Shown piece by piece: positions 8,663 through 18,680 of a stretch of 64,000 nt of DNA. The notes under the pieces were generated by a model. It had not been told where the DNA came from and made no database searches. It saw only the letters and a program-made list of their open reading frames with translations. The position numbers and the translations under genes were made by a program. The stretch comes from Thermoplasmatota archaeon. GTDB lineage: Archaea > Thermoplasmatota > E2 > DHVEG-1. The DNA is taken from positions 50,998 through 114,997 of the forward strand of contig JBFEOQ010000001.1 in the NCBI GenBank assembly GCA_041550515.1, in the 5' to 3' direction. Numbering within the stretch: position 1 is the first letter of the stretch; each line of letters opens with the position of its first letter.

Positions 8663-9976
8663 TCAGTTATCTTTCTCAAGTTTAACCTTTAAAATTGATT
8701 CCTCTTTATCTACGATAATTACCTTTGTATTTGGTTCAATATTAGAATCAGATGTTGCTTTCCAGTACTCACCTTTGAAACGAACATAACCTTGTTTATT
8801 AGGCGCTATTCTCTCTATTGTCTCAGCTCTCTCACCAATAAAAGTACCAACAGCTACCTTTTTCCTTTTAGCTTGTATTGCTTTATATAACAAAAAAACA
8901 AAGAATACTGCTATAATAATGCTTATTGATAATAAAATTATCATTGCGTCTGTCATATAATTCCTCGATATTAGCCATTCTCTATTAGGATAACCTGGTA
9001 TTAGTAATATTCCACCTATTAATAAACTTATAATACCACCTATACCTACTAGACCAAAGCCAGGTAAAACAAATATTTCAATTATTAATAGTAGACAACC
9101 AATTACTATAAATATAATACTTAAAGTTGACACAGAAAAACCTGATCCAATGAGTGATAATAGTATCGCTATTAGTCCAAATATTTCAGCTCCATAGCCT
9201 GGTGCTGATATTCCAAAAATAACTGCAAAAATACCTAGTATTAATAATAAAGATGTAAGAACAGGATTTGAAAAAAATTTCATAAATTGAATACTAATTG
9301 ATTGAGTATATTGAATTTGTTTTACATATCTTGTATCAAGAACTACTTCCCTTTTGGAAGTTTTAATAGTTGAACCATTAATATATTTTAACAATTGTTC
9401 TATTGATGAGGCTTTATACTCTATAACTCCATATTTTATCGCCGAGGATTCATTTAAATTAAGATTTTCAGTAATAAATCTACTTACAATTGTATGATTG
9501 CGATTATAAATCTCAGCACGTGTTTCAATCCATTTTACCAAAGCATTAATTGTTTTAGAATCGTTTATAAGACGTGTACCTTCAATGCTTATCTCAACAG
9601 GTTGACAAGAGCCAATAATAGTATAATCAGCCATAGCAGCAATATGGGTACTAATCAAGACAAAAGTGCCTGCAGACCACGCTGCCGATCCAGAGGGATA
9701 AACATATCCAACTATAGGAATTTCACTATTATTTATCATATCAGCAATTTCAAATGTTTCTTTTAAACCACCACCCGGTGTATCAAGCAGCAAAACAATT
9801 GCCTGTGAATTTTCATTTTTTGCAAGCTGAATACTTTCTTTTAATATTTCAACAGTAGATTGATCAATTGTATCCGTGATTTCAACAATAACTACATTTG
9901 AATTCTGAGCAACTACACAAAAAGATAAAGAAATAGAAATAAAAAATAAAAAAATTAGAGAAAAATTTAGTTTCAT
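8663..9976 (-). CDS. nfeD: NfeD-family membrane-bound serine protease (long form)
   Basis: Signal peptide, LDTPGG, AWSAG, TM bundle, C-terminal OB fold (G.V...GEYW.A); paired with SPFH gene. Confidence 0.9.
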   Translation of the reverse strand: MKLNFSLIFLFFISISLSFCVVAQNSNVVIVEITDTIDQSTVEILKESIQLAKNENSQAIVLLLDTPGGGLKETFEIADMINNSEIPIVGYVYPSGSAAWSAGTFVLISTHIAAMADYTIIGSCQPVEISIEGTRLINDSKTINALVKWIETRAEIYNRNHTIVSRFITENLNLNESSAIKYGVIEYKASSIEQLLKYINGSTIKTSKREVVLDTRYVKQIQYTQSISIQFMKFFSNPVLTSLLLILGIFAVIFGISAPGYGAEIFGLIAILLSLIGSGFSVSTLSIIFIVIGCLLLIIEIFVLPGFGLVGIGGIISLLIGGILLIPGYPNREWLISRNYMTDAMIILLSISIIIAVFFVFLLYKAIQAKRKKVAVGTFIGERAETIERIAPNKQGYVRFKGEYWKATSDSNIEPNTKVIIVDKEESILKVKLEKDN

Positions 9977-10740
9977 TCTTTCTTCTTAGTCACTGCTTTA
10001 GCTATTCCCGCAATGTTACCTATTTCACCACCTGGTACAATGATAAGGTTTTTTTCACGTGCTATTTCTGTTAATGTTTGTAGCTCTCTTAATCTTAATG
10101 CAACTGGTGTTTCTTCATAAAGTTTTGCTGCTTCAGTCATTTTTGCTGATGCTTCAAGCTCACCTTCAGCCATTATTATTCTTGATCGTTTCTCTCGTTC
10201 TGCTTCAGCTTGTTTTGCAATTGCTCGTAGCATCTCCTCTGGTAATGAAACATCTCTAATGTTTACTGAAGAAACTTTTATTCCCCAAGGGTCGGTACTA
10301 AGGTCTATTACTTCTTGAAGGCTTTTGTTGAGTGCTTCTCTTTGTGATAATAGTTCGTCAAGGTTTTGTTGACCGATTATATCTCTTAATGTTGTCTGAG
10401 CAAGTAAACTTGTGGCAACATCATACCTTTGGACTTCTACTACAGCTTTTTCAGGGGATGTTATTCTAAAATAAACAATTGCATCAACATCTACAGTGAC
10501 ATTGTCACGAGTAATGATACGTTGTTTTGGAACATCTATAACTCTGGTTCTTAAATCAAGTTTTATAATCTTATCAATTATTGGTATTATTAATACAAGT
10601 CCAGGACCTTTTATTCCAATTAATCTCCCTAATCGAAATACAACTACTCTTTCATATTCCGCCATTATTTTTATTGCTGAAAGCAATATAGTTATAAAAA
10701 AAATTACTATTATAAATAATATTATCGCCCATACGTCCAT
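9973..10740 (-). CDS. SPFH/stomatin (slipin) family protein
   Basis: EYERVVVFRLGR...KGPGL, DLRT...DVPKQ..IT.DNVTV.VDA, AKQAEAEREKR. ATG 10740 after GGAGG. Confidence 0.95.
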   Translation of the reverse strand: MDVWAIILFIIVIFFITILLSAIKIMAEYERVVVFRLGRLIGIKGPGLVLIIPIIDKIIKLDLRTRVIDVPKQRIITRDNVTVDVDAIVYFRITSPEKAVVEVQRYDVATSLLAQTTLRDIIGQQNLDELLSQREALNKSLQEVIDLSTDPWGIKVSSVNIRDVSLPEEMLRAIAKQAEAEREKRSRIIMAEGELEASAKMTEAAKLYEETPVALRLRELQTLTEIAREKNLIIVPGGEIGNIAGIAKAVTKKKE

Positions 10741-10868
10741 AATCTTTCCTCCAAATAAAAAAAACAATGTTTAGTTATTAAGCATTTCTAAAAAAAACAT
10801 AAAAAAACAATATCTTTTTTAGATAAACAGTTTTATTAAATAATTAAGTATCCTTGATAATGAATTGA

Positions 10869-12164
<1,296 letters not shown>

Positions 12165-12209
12165 ACATTATTATATCTTTTTTGATACCTGTTTTTTGGA
12201 GTAATTTTT

Positions 12210-13166
12210 ATGAAAGTATTAATTACTGATAAAATGGCAGAGGAAGCAATAAATGTATTAAAAAAAGCAGGTCATGAAATAACATACAATGAAATGGATG
12301 CTTCAACTCTTTTAGAGGAAATAGAAAAATATGATGCACTTATGATACGCAGTCGAACAAAAGCTGTAAAAGAAGTCATTGAAGCTGGAGCAAAAGGGAA
12401 ACTAAAAGTTATTGGTCGTGCAGGAATTGGAGTTGACAATATTGATATCGAAATTGCAGGAAAACATAAAATCCCTGTCGTTAATGCCCCCACTGGTGCA
12501 ACAGCCAGCGTTGCAGAATTAACATTAGGTCACATTCTAACACTATCAAGAAAAATTACATATGCAGATAAAACTATGAAAAAAGGAGAATGGGCAAAAA
12601 AGAAACTAAAAGGTTTCGAATTAGATGGTAAAACATTAGGGTTGATTGGAACCGGAAACATTGGAAAATATACTGCAAAATTAGCAAAATGTTTTGGTAT
12701 GAAGGTAATCGGTTATGACCCATTTATTTCAAAAGAAAATATGAAGAAAGATGGTATTGAAAAAGTTGAAGATATTACTCAAATTATGGAAAAATCTGAT
12801 TATATCAGTCTTCATATTCCTCACATTCAAACAACCCATCATATTGTAAATAAAGAGATGATTGATAAAATGAAATCCTCTGCCTTTTTAATTAATTGTG
12901 CTCGCGGTGGAACTGTTGATGAAAACGCATTATATATTGCTTTAAAAAATGGAAAAATTGCAGGGGCTGCACTTGATGTATATGAAAAAGAACCTCCAGA
13001 AAAAAGTCCATTATTTGAACTCGACAATATTGTGATGACACCACATATTGGTGCTAACACAAAAGAAGGGCAAATAAAAGCAGGAGCTATCTGTGCTGAG
13101 CAGATAAATAAAGTTCTTGCTGGAAAAAAGCCAGATCATTGTGTAAATAAAAATTTTTTAAGTTGA
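12210..13166 (+). CDS. serA: D-3-phosphoglycerate dehydrogenase-like D-2-hydroxyacid dehydrogenase (no ACT domain)
   Basis: IGRAGIGVDNID, GKTLGLIG.G.IG, INCARGG, DVYE.EP, TPHIGA.T.EGQ. Confidence 0.8.
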   Translation: MKVLITDKMAEEAINVLKKAGHEITYNEMDASTLLEEIEKYDALMIRSRTKAVKEVIEAGAKGKLKVIGRAGIGVDNIDIEIAGKHKIPVVNAPTGATASVAELTLGHILTLSRKITYADKTMKKGEWAKKKLKGFELDGKTLGLIGTGNIGKYTAKLAKCFGMKVIGYDPFISKENMKKDGIEKVEDITQIMEKSDYISLHIPHIQTTHHIVNKEMIDKMKSSAFLINCARGGTVDENALYIALKNGKIAGAALDVYEKEPPEKSPLFELDNIVMTPHIGANTKEGQIKAGAICAEQINKVLAGKKPDHCVNKNFLS

Positions 13167-13239
13167 TTAATTTCCCATTTCTTTATTATATACTTAATAT
13201 AGAAAACATTAAAGATAGAAAACTGTTTTTATTTGTTGT

Positions 13240-13944
13240 ATGAAAAATCTAGATAAAATCGTTAATAAAATCGAAAAAAACATTGATGGAAAAGATAAAA
13301 TTCGTGAACATGCGCTCCGTTCTAGTCGTGAAATAATTATATCTTGTCGTAAAGCTATTCAAAGTGTACATCAAAATAAAATGAAATATGCGAAAAATAA
13401 CATTAAAAAAGCAGCCTTAAACTTGCAAACACTTTACGATATAACAAAACCACATCCTGAACTTTTTCATGCAGGTTTTGTAGAGAATGCTGCTCAAGAG
13501 TTGGTTGAAGCAGCCTGTCTTTATAATATTATGACTGGGAAAGAACTTCCAGATCCTGATGAATTACAAACAACATATAGTAGTTATCTTATGGGCCTAT
13601 GTGACCTAGTTGGTGAATTACGTCGTACAGCATTAGATAGTATCCGCAATGGGGAAAGTAAAAAAGCAGATGAATATCTTAATATGATGGAAGAAATATA
13701 TGATGTAATCATTCGTTTTGATTATTCTTCAGGATTTATTCCAATTAAGAAGAAACAAGATATGATCAGAGGTCTTATTGAAAAAACACGAGGAGAGTTA
13801 GCCGTAGCAAGTTGTGAAAGACGAATTGAATATCGTACAAGTGAATTCCGTGGTATGTTAGATCGTGCAAATGGTGCCAAAAAAAAGCAAAAAAGGGCTA
13901 AAGGCGAAGAGAAAAATGACCTTGATATTGATGACATTTGGTAG
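13240..13944 (+). CDS. Translin/TRAX (C3PO-like) family protein
   Basis: D..RE.AL..SREII, AQELVEA, YLMGL.DLVGELRR, K.D..R.LIEKT. Confidence 0.88.
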   Translation: MKNLDKIVNKIEKNIDGKDKIREHALRSSREIIISCRKAIQSVHQNKMKYAKNNIKKAALNLQTLYDITKPHPELFHAGFVENAAQELVEAACLYNIMTGKELPDPDELQTTYSSYLMGLCDLVGELRRTALDSIRNGESKKADEYLNMMEEIYDVIIRFDYSSGFIPIKKKQDMIRGLIEKTRGELAVASCERRIEYRTSEFRGMLDRANGAKKKQKRAKGEEKNDLDIDDIW

Positions 13945-14037
13945 TTTAAATACTAAACTCATTTTTTCTCCTTATATTCAATAGGAATGTTTATAAAATG
14001 TTTTTATATACTGCACAACCTACATGGCTTGTATATT

Positions 14038-14583
14038 ATGACTCATATACAAATTGAAAATATTATCGCAAACGCTCAAATTTCAGAGTTAATTGATATC
14101 AAATTTTTATCAGAAAAAATCACTGACTGTAGCTATAATCCTTCAGAATTTAATGGTTTATCAATAAAATATGAAAAAGAGAACATTGCTGTGATTATTT
14201 TAGAGACGGGAAAAGTTGTTTGTACTGGTGCAAAAGAAATTTCTAATGCAGTTGAAAAAATTAAAAAAGTTGCTAATCAATTAAAAAAATTTGGTTTAAA
14301 AATTAAAAAAGATTACGAAATAAAAATTGAAAATATTACTGTAACAACAAATCTTAAAAAAGATCTTCATCTTGAAAATATTGCTAAAAACCTAATATTT
14401 CAAGAATTTGACTTTCACCCTGAGACTTTTCCAGGTTTAATATATAAAATGGATGATTTGCAAACAATTTTAATTATCTTCAACACCGGTAAAATTGTAT
14501 GTACTGGTGCTAAAAATATTGATGATGCAACCAATTCAATTAATAAAATAAAAGAAAGATTTACATCAATAGGAGTTTTATAA
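14038..14583 (+). CDS. Divergent TATA-binding protein paralogue
   Basis: Two TBP repeats (IENIIA...YNPSEFNGL...TGKVVCTGAK; IENIT...FHPETFPGLIY...FNTGKIVCTGAK). TATA-like TTTTATATA near 14002-14010. Confidence 0.85.
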   Translation: MTHIQIENIIANAQISELIDIKFLSEKITDCSYNPSEFNGLSIKYEKENIAVIILETGKVVCTGAKEISNAVEKIKKVANQLKKFGLKIKKDYEIKIENITVTTNLKKDLHLENIAKNLIFQEFDFHPETFPGLIYKMDDLQTILIIFNTGKIVCTGAKNIDDATNSINKIKERFTSIGVL

Positions 14584-14609
14584 AAAAATATAAGGAGGAA
14601 AAGTAATCT

Positions 14610-15167
14610 ATGCCGGAAGTAATTGTTGAAAATATTGTGGCGTCTACATCTTTTGCAGATAAGCTAGATTTAGACGTAATAGCACAATCTTTAGAAGAAG
14701 CAGAATATGAACCAGAACAATTCCCAGGTTTAGTATATCGATTAAGCGATCCAAAAACTGCAACGCTTCTTTTTAGAAGTGGAAAAGCAAATTGCACAGG
14801 TGCAAAAAACCTTAAGGATGTAAAGAAAACAGTTGATATTATAGCAGATAAACTAAGAAAGCTTGGTGTAGAAGTCTACAAAGATAAAGAATTAAAAATT
14901 GTTATCCAAAATATAGTAGCCATTTCAGATCTTGGAACAGAATTAAACCTTAACGAAGTTGCAATGGGCCTTGGACTTGAAAATGTAGAATATGAACCTG
15001 AACAATTCCCAGGTTTAGTATACCGTATTCGTGATCCCAAAGTTGCAATGTTACTTTTTGGCTCTGGTAAAATTGTTTGCACTGGTGCACGTCAAACAGA
15101 AGACGTATCAAAAGCTGTTGAAAAACTCTCTCAAGAGCTCACATCCCTAGATCTTATTAAAAAATAA
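14610..15167 (+). CDS. tbp: TATA-box-binding protein
   Basis: Canonical repeats ENIVAS...YEPEQFPGLVYR...LLFRSGK..CTGAK and QNIVA...YEPEQFPGLVYR...LLFGSGKIVCTGAR; SD GGAGGA. Confidence 0.98.
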   Translation: MPEVIVENIVASTSFADKLDLDVIAQSLEEAEYEPEQFPGLVYRLSDPKTATLLFRSGKANCTGAKNLKDVKKTVDIIADKLRKLGVEVYKDKELKIVIQNIVAISDLGTELNLNEVAMGLGLENVEYEPEQFPGLVYRIRDPKVAMLLFGSGKIVCTGARQTEDVSKAVEKLSQELTSLDLIKK

Positions 15168-15174
15168 AAAAATA

Positions 15175-16635
15175 TCAATTTTTTTTCTTAGAACAGCTTG
15201 AAGCAATAATTACAGATTGAACAGCAGCCATTGCAGCAGCAGTTTTAGAATTAGATGATTGAGCTTTAATATTTTTAACATATTCAACTACTTGATCAAG
15301 GATTTTATATCTTGGTATGAAACCAGTATTATAACTACCTTTAACAAACTGCTCATTATTCATAACAACCTGATGGAAGGGAATATTATGGCGAACACCG
15401 CTTATCTGAAACTCCCAAAGTGACCGCTTAACACGTGCAATGCATCTATTTCTATCTTCCGCCCAAACAATAAGCTTTGCAATCATACTATCATAAAATG
15501 ATGGAATAATAAAACCTTGATAAACTCCAGAATCAATTCTAATTCCAGGACCAGAAGGTTCTGCGTAGTGAATTATTTTACTTGGTGCAGGTAAAAAATT
15601 ATTTAGTGGATCTTCTGCATTTATCCTGCATTCTATCGCATGCCCTCTTGCTTTAATATCACTTTGTTCATATTCGAGTTCTAACCCCGATGCAACACGA
15701 ATTTGTTCACGGGCTAAGTCTACACCAGTTATTACTTCAGTTATTGGGTGTTCGACTTGCAAACGAGTGTTCATCTCTAAAAAATAATATTTACCATCTT
15801 TAAACATAAACTCACAAGTACCCGCATTATAGTAACCAGCAGTTTTTGCAACTAAAACAGCTTGTGCGCCCATCTCTTCCCGTAATTTTGGAGTAAGTGC
15901 ACAAGATGGTGTTTCCTCTATTAATTTCTGATGTCTCCTCTGGATAGAACACTCCCGTTCAAAACAATGAATTAAATTACCTTGCTTATCGCCAATAATC
16001 TGAAATTCAATATGACGTGGATCTTCAATAAATTTCTCAATAAAAACAGAGTCGTCACCAAAACTATTTTTTGCTAATTGTCGAACGTTATCAAGGGCTT
16101 TTTCTATTTGTTTTTCATCATCAACTTTTTGAATTCCTATACCGCCACCTCCAGCAGATGCCTTAAGCATAATAGGATAACCTATTTCATGAGCAATATT
16201 TTTTGCTTTTTCATGATCATAAATTGCTTCTGTAACACCAGGAACAACATGAACTCCTGCTTTAATCATTGATTTTTTTGAATCTATTTTTGACCCCATA
16301 AGTTTCATTGCTGATACCGGAGGACCAATAAACTCAATACTATTTTTATGACAAAGTTCTGCAAAATCATAGTTTTCTGCCATAAAACCATATCCCGGGT
16401 GAATTCCTTCAGCCTGAGTTTTTAATGCTACATCAATAATTTTTTGTTTCTGAAGATAAGATTGACTTGCTGGACTTGGACCAATATTATATTTTTCATC
16501 AGCATACTTTACAAAAAGAGCTTTTTTATCAGCCTCAGAATAAACTGCAACAGTTGTGATTCCTAATTCTTTACATGCTCGCATTATTCGAACAGCAATT
16601 TCACCACGATTTGCAATTAAAACCTTATTTAGCAT
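15175..16635 (-). CDS. pycA: Pyruvate carboxylase subunit A (biotin carboxylase)
   Basis: KVLIANRGEIA, HPGYGF.AEN, ERECSIQRRHQK, EMNTRLQVEHP, YDSMIAKL; adjacent to pycB. Confidence 0.9.
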   Translation of the reverse strand: MLNKVLIANRGEIAVRIMRACKELGITTVAVYSEADKKALFVKYADEKYNIGPSPASQSYLQKQKIIDVALKTQAEGIHPGYGFMAENYDFAELCHKNSIEFIGPPVSAMKLMGSKIDSKKSMIKAGVHVVPGVTEAIYDHEKAKNIAHEIGYPIMLKASAGGGGIGIQKVDDEKQIEKALDNVRQLAKNSFGDDSVFIEKFIEDPRHIEFQIIGDKQGNLIHCFERECSIQRRHQKLIEETPSCALTPKLREEMGAQAVLVAKTAGYYNAGTCEFMFKDGKYYFLEMNTRLQVEHPITEVITGVDLAREQIRVASGLELEYEQSDIKARGHAIECRINAEDPLNNFLPAPSKIIHYAEPSGPGIRIDSGVYQGFIIPSFYDSMIAKLIVWAEDRNRCIARVKRSLWEFQISGVRHNIPFHQVVMNNEQFVKGSYNTGFIPRYKILDQVVEYVKNIKAQSSNSKTAAAMAAVQSVIIASSCSKKKN

Positions 16636-16651
16636 TTTTAAACACCATTGT

Positions 16652-18472
16652 TTAAAGGATTTGCATGATAAGATCCCCGCTTGCTACTGAATTTCCTTCT
16701 TTTATAAAAATATCTTTAACCTCTCCAGATACTTCAGATTTAATCTCTTGTTCCATTTTCATAGCTTCAATAGTTGCTATTACATCCCCTGATTTTACTT
16801 TATCACCTTTCTTTACTTTAATGGAAAGAATTGTTCCTTGCATATTCGATTTAATTCCACCTTCAACATTTTTTGGTATACCGCCTGAATCATCTATAGT
16901 GGCCCCCTCAGCAACCAAAAAACCACCAGATGGGATTACTTTTACTTCAAAAGGTTCACCATCAACTTCAACTTCAAATTCAGTTGGAATTTGTGCAGGA
17001 CTAGTACGTTTTTCAGGTGATTCTATCTCAAGCCATAATTGCTTAACTTCAGGAAAACTCTGTTTAACCATACTACGAGTTAAAGGATTATCTATTTTAA
17101 GTGGCAGTTGTTCAGATGTAAATTCGGCTTTAGCTTGGCCTTTTAAAAATTTAAGTCCGACTTGAGGATAAATACAATAGGTCATAATATTTTCATCATT
17201 TAGCTCTATATCTGATTGCTCTTTAAGTTCACTTTTACGTTGAGACCACATAGGTTTTAATAGATCAGATGGACGGCAATCAATTATCTCATCTTTCCAT
17301 TTAGAACCAAGAACTTTTTTCAAAATATTTTGATTTATTGGAGCAGGTGATTTACCATACATTCCTTTACAATAATCCTTGGTTTCCTTTGTAATAACTT
17401 TATAGCGCCCATGAAGTACATTCATAACTGCTTGAACCCCAACAACCTGACTTGTAGGTGTAACTAATGGCGGATATCCTAACTCCTTGCGAACACGAGC
17501 GGTTTCTAATAATATTTCCTGGTATTTACCATGAGCTCCTTGTTCCTCAAGTTGAAATATTAAGTTACTTAGCATACCCCCAGGAACCTGATGAAGTGTA
17601 ACACTTGGATCAACTTTAAGGGCATTAAACCTATGTAGGTGTCTATATTTATGCCATATTCCAAGGAAATATTTACGAATCTCAATAAGTAATTCTAAAT
17701 TATAACCAGTTTCCCATTCAGTATCCTTTAAAGCAGCAACAACGGACTCTGTTGCAGGAGCAGCTGTTCCTCCACTAATTGAACTAATTGCTGTATCTAA
17801 AATATCCACACCTGCCTCAGCAGCACGTTGATAAGCCATTCCCGTCATTCCACTAGTATAATGACTATGAAGATCAATTGGTATTTTTATACCTTCATCT
17901 TTCACACCTATAATTATATCATATACTCTCTGTGGTGTAATCATACCCGCCATATCTTTTAAACAAAGAGTGTCCGCACCCATCTTTTCTAGCTTTTTAA
18001 AATTTTCAACAAAATAATCAACAGTATGGACAGGTGATATTGTATAGCTTAAACAAGCTTGTACATGTCCACCCTCATTTTTTACTGATTTCATTGGTAT
18101 TTCCAAGTTACGAAGATCGTTTAAAGCATCAAAAATTCGAAAGTTATCAACACCATTCTTTTTTGCAAGAAAAATAAATTTTTTAACAATATCATCAGGA
18201 AAATTCCGATATGCAACAATGTTCATTGCACGCTCTAGCATTTGCATCGGTGTATTTGGCATTGCTTTTTTGAGTAATCTTATTCTTTCCCAAGGATCTT
18301 GATTGAGATAACGTATACATACATCAAATGTCGCACCACCCCATACCTCAATTGAGAAATATCCAACTTGATCAAGTTTATCTGTAATAGGTAACATATC
18401 CTCCGTTCTCATACGAGTAGCAAGCATTGATTGATGTGCATCTCTTAATATCATTTCGTGGAGCATAACCAT
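16652..18472 (-). CDS. pycB: Pyruvate carboxylase subunit B (carboxyltransferase plus biotin carrier)
   Basis: LRDAHQS..ATRM, WGGATFD, KDMAG, HSH, LVTPTSQ, C-terminal EAMKM biotinylation site. ATG 18472 after GGAGGT. Confidence 0.9.
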   Translation of the reverse strand: MVMLHEMILRDAHQSMLATRMRTEDMLPITDKLDQVGYFSIEVWGGATFDVCIRYLNQDPWERIRLLKKAMPNTPMQMLERAMNIVAYRNFPDDIVKKFIFLAKKNGVDNFRIFDALNDLRNLEIPMKSVKNEGGHVQACLSYTISPVHTVDYFVENFKKLEKMGADTLCLKDMAGMITPQRVYDIIIGVKDEGIKIPIDLHSHYTSGMTGMAYQRAAEAGVDILDTAISSISGGTAAPATESVVAALKDTEWETGYNLELLIEIRKYFLGIWHKYRHLHRFNALKVDPSVTLHQVPGGMLSNLIFQLEEQGAHGKYQEILLETARVRKELGYPPLVTPTSQVVGVQAVMNVLHGRYKVITKETKDYCKGMYGKSPAPINQNILKKVLGSKWKDEIIDCRPSDLLKPMWSQRKSELKEQSDIELNDENIMTYCIYPQVGLKFLKGQAKAEFTSEQLPLKIDNPLTRSMVKQSFPEVKQLWLEIESPEKRTSPAQIPTEFEVEVDGEPFEVKVIPSGGFLVAEGATIDDSGGIPKNVEGGIKSNMQGTILSIKVKKGDKVKSGDVIATIEAMKMEQEIKSEVSGEVKDIFIKEGNSVASGDLIMQIL

Positions 18473-18680
18473 ATCTTCTACCTCCAATCCCTTAACAATT
18501 ATTTATTTTACTTAACTTTGGTATCTCAAATGCGAAATGGTATCTAATTTACCTACTTAAGAATGTTGGATATAAAATAAAAAAAATAATTTTATTTTCT
18601 TATTAAAAGTTTAGGAATAAAGTTTATTAATAGAATTTTTTATCTCCATAGTTTATAAATTTAATTTAAGGGGTATAATA

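Noticed and set aside
16665..17165. 166-aa plus-strand ORF and the many other short antisense or nested ORFs in the track (e.g. 255-575, 5031-5345, 35955-36353, 55184-55522, 58768-59151)
   Set aside because: They lie opposite or inside well-supported genes and show no recognisable motifs; treated as shadow ORFs.
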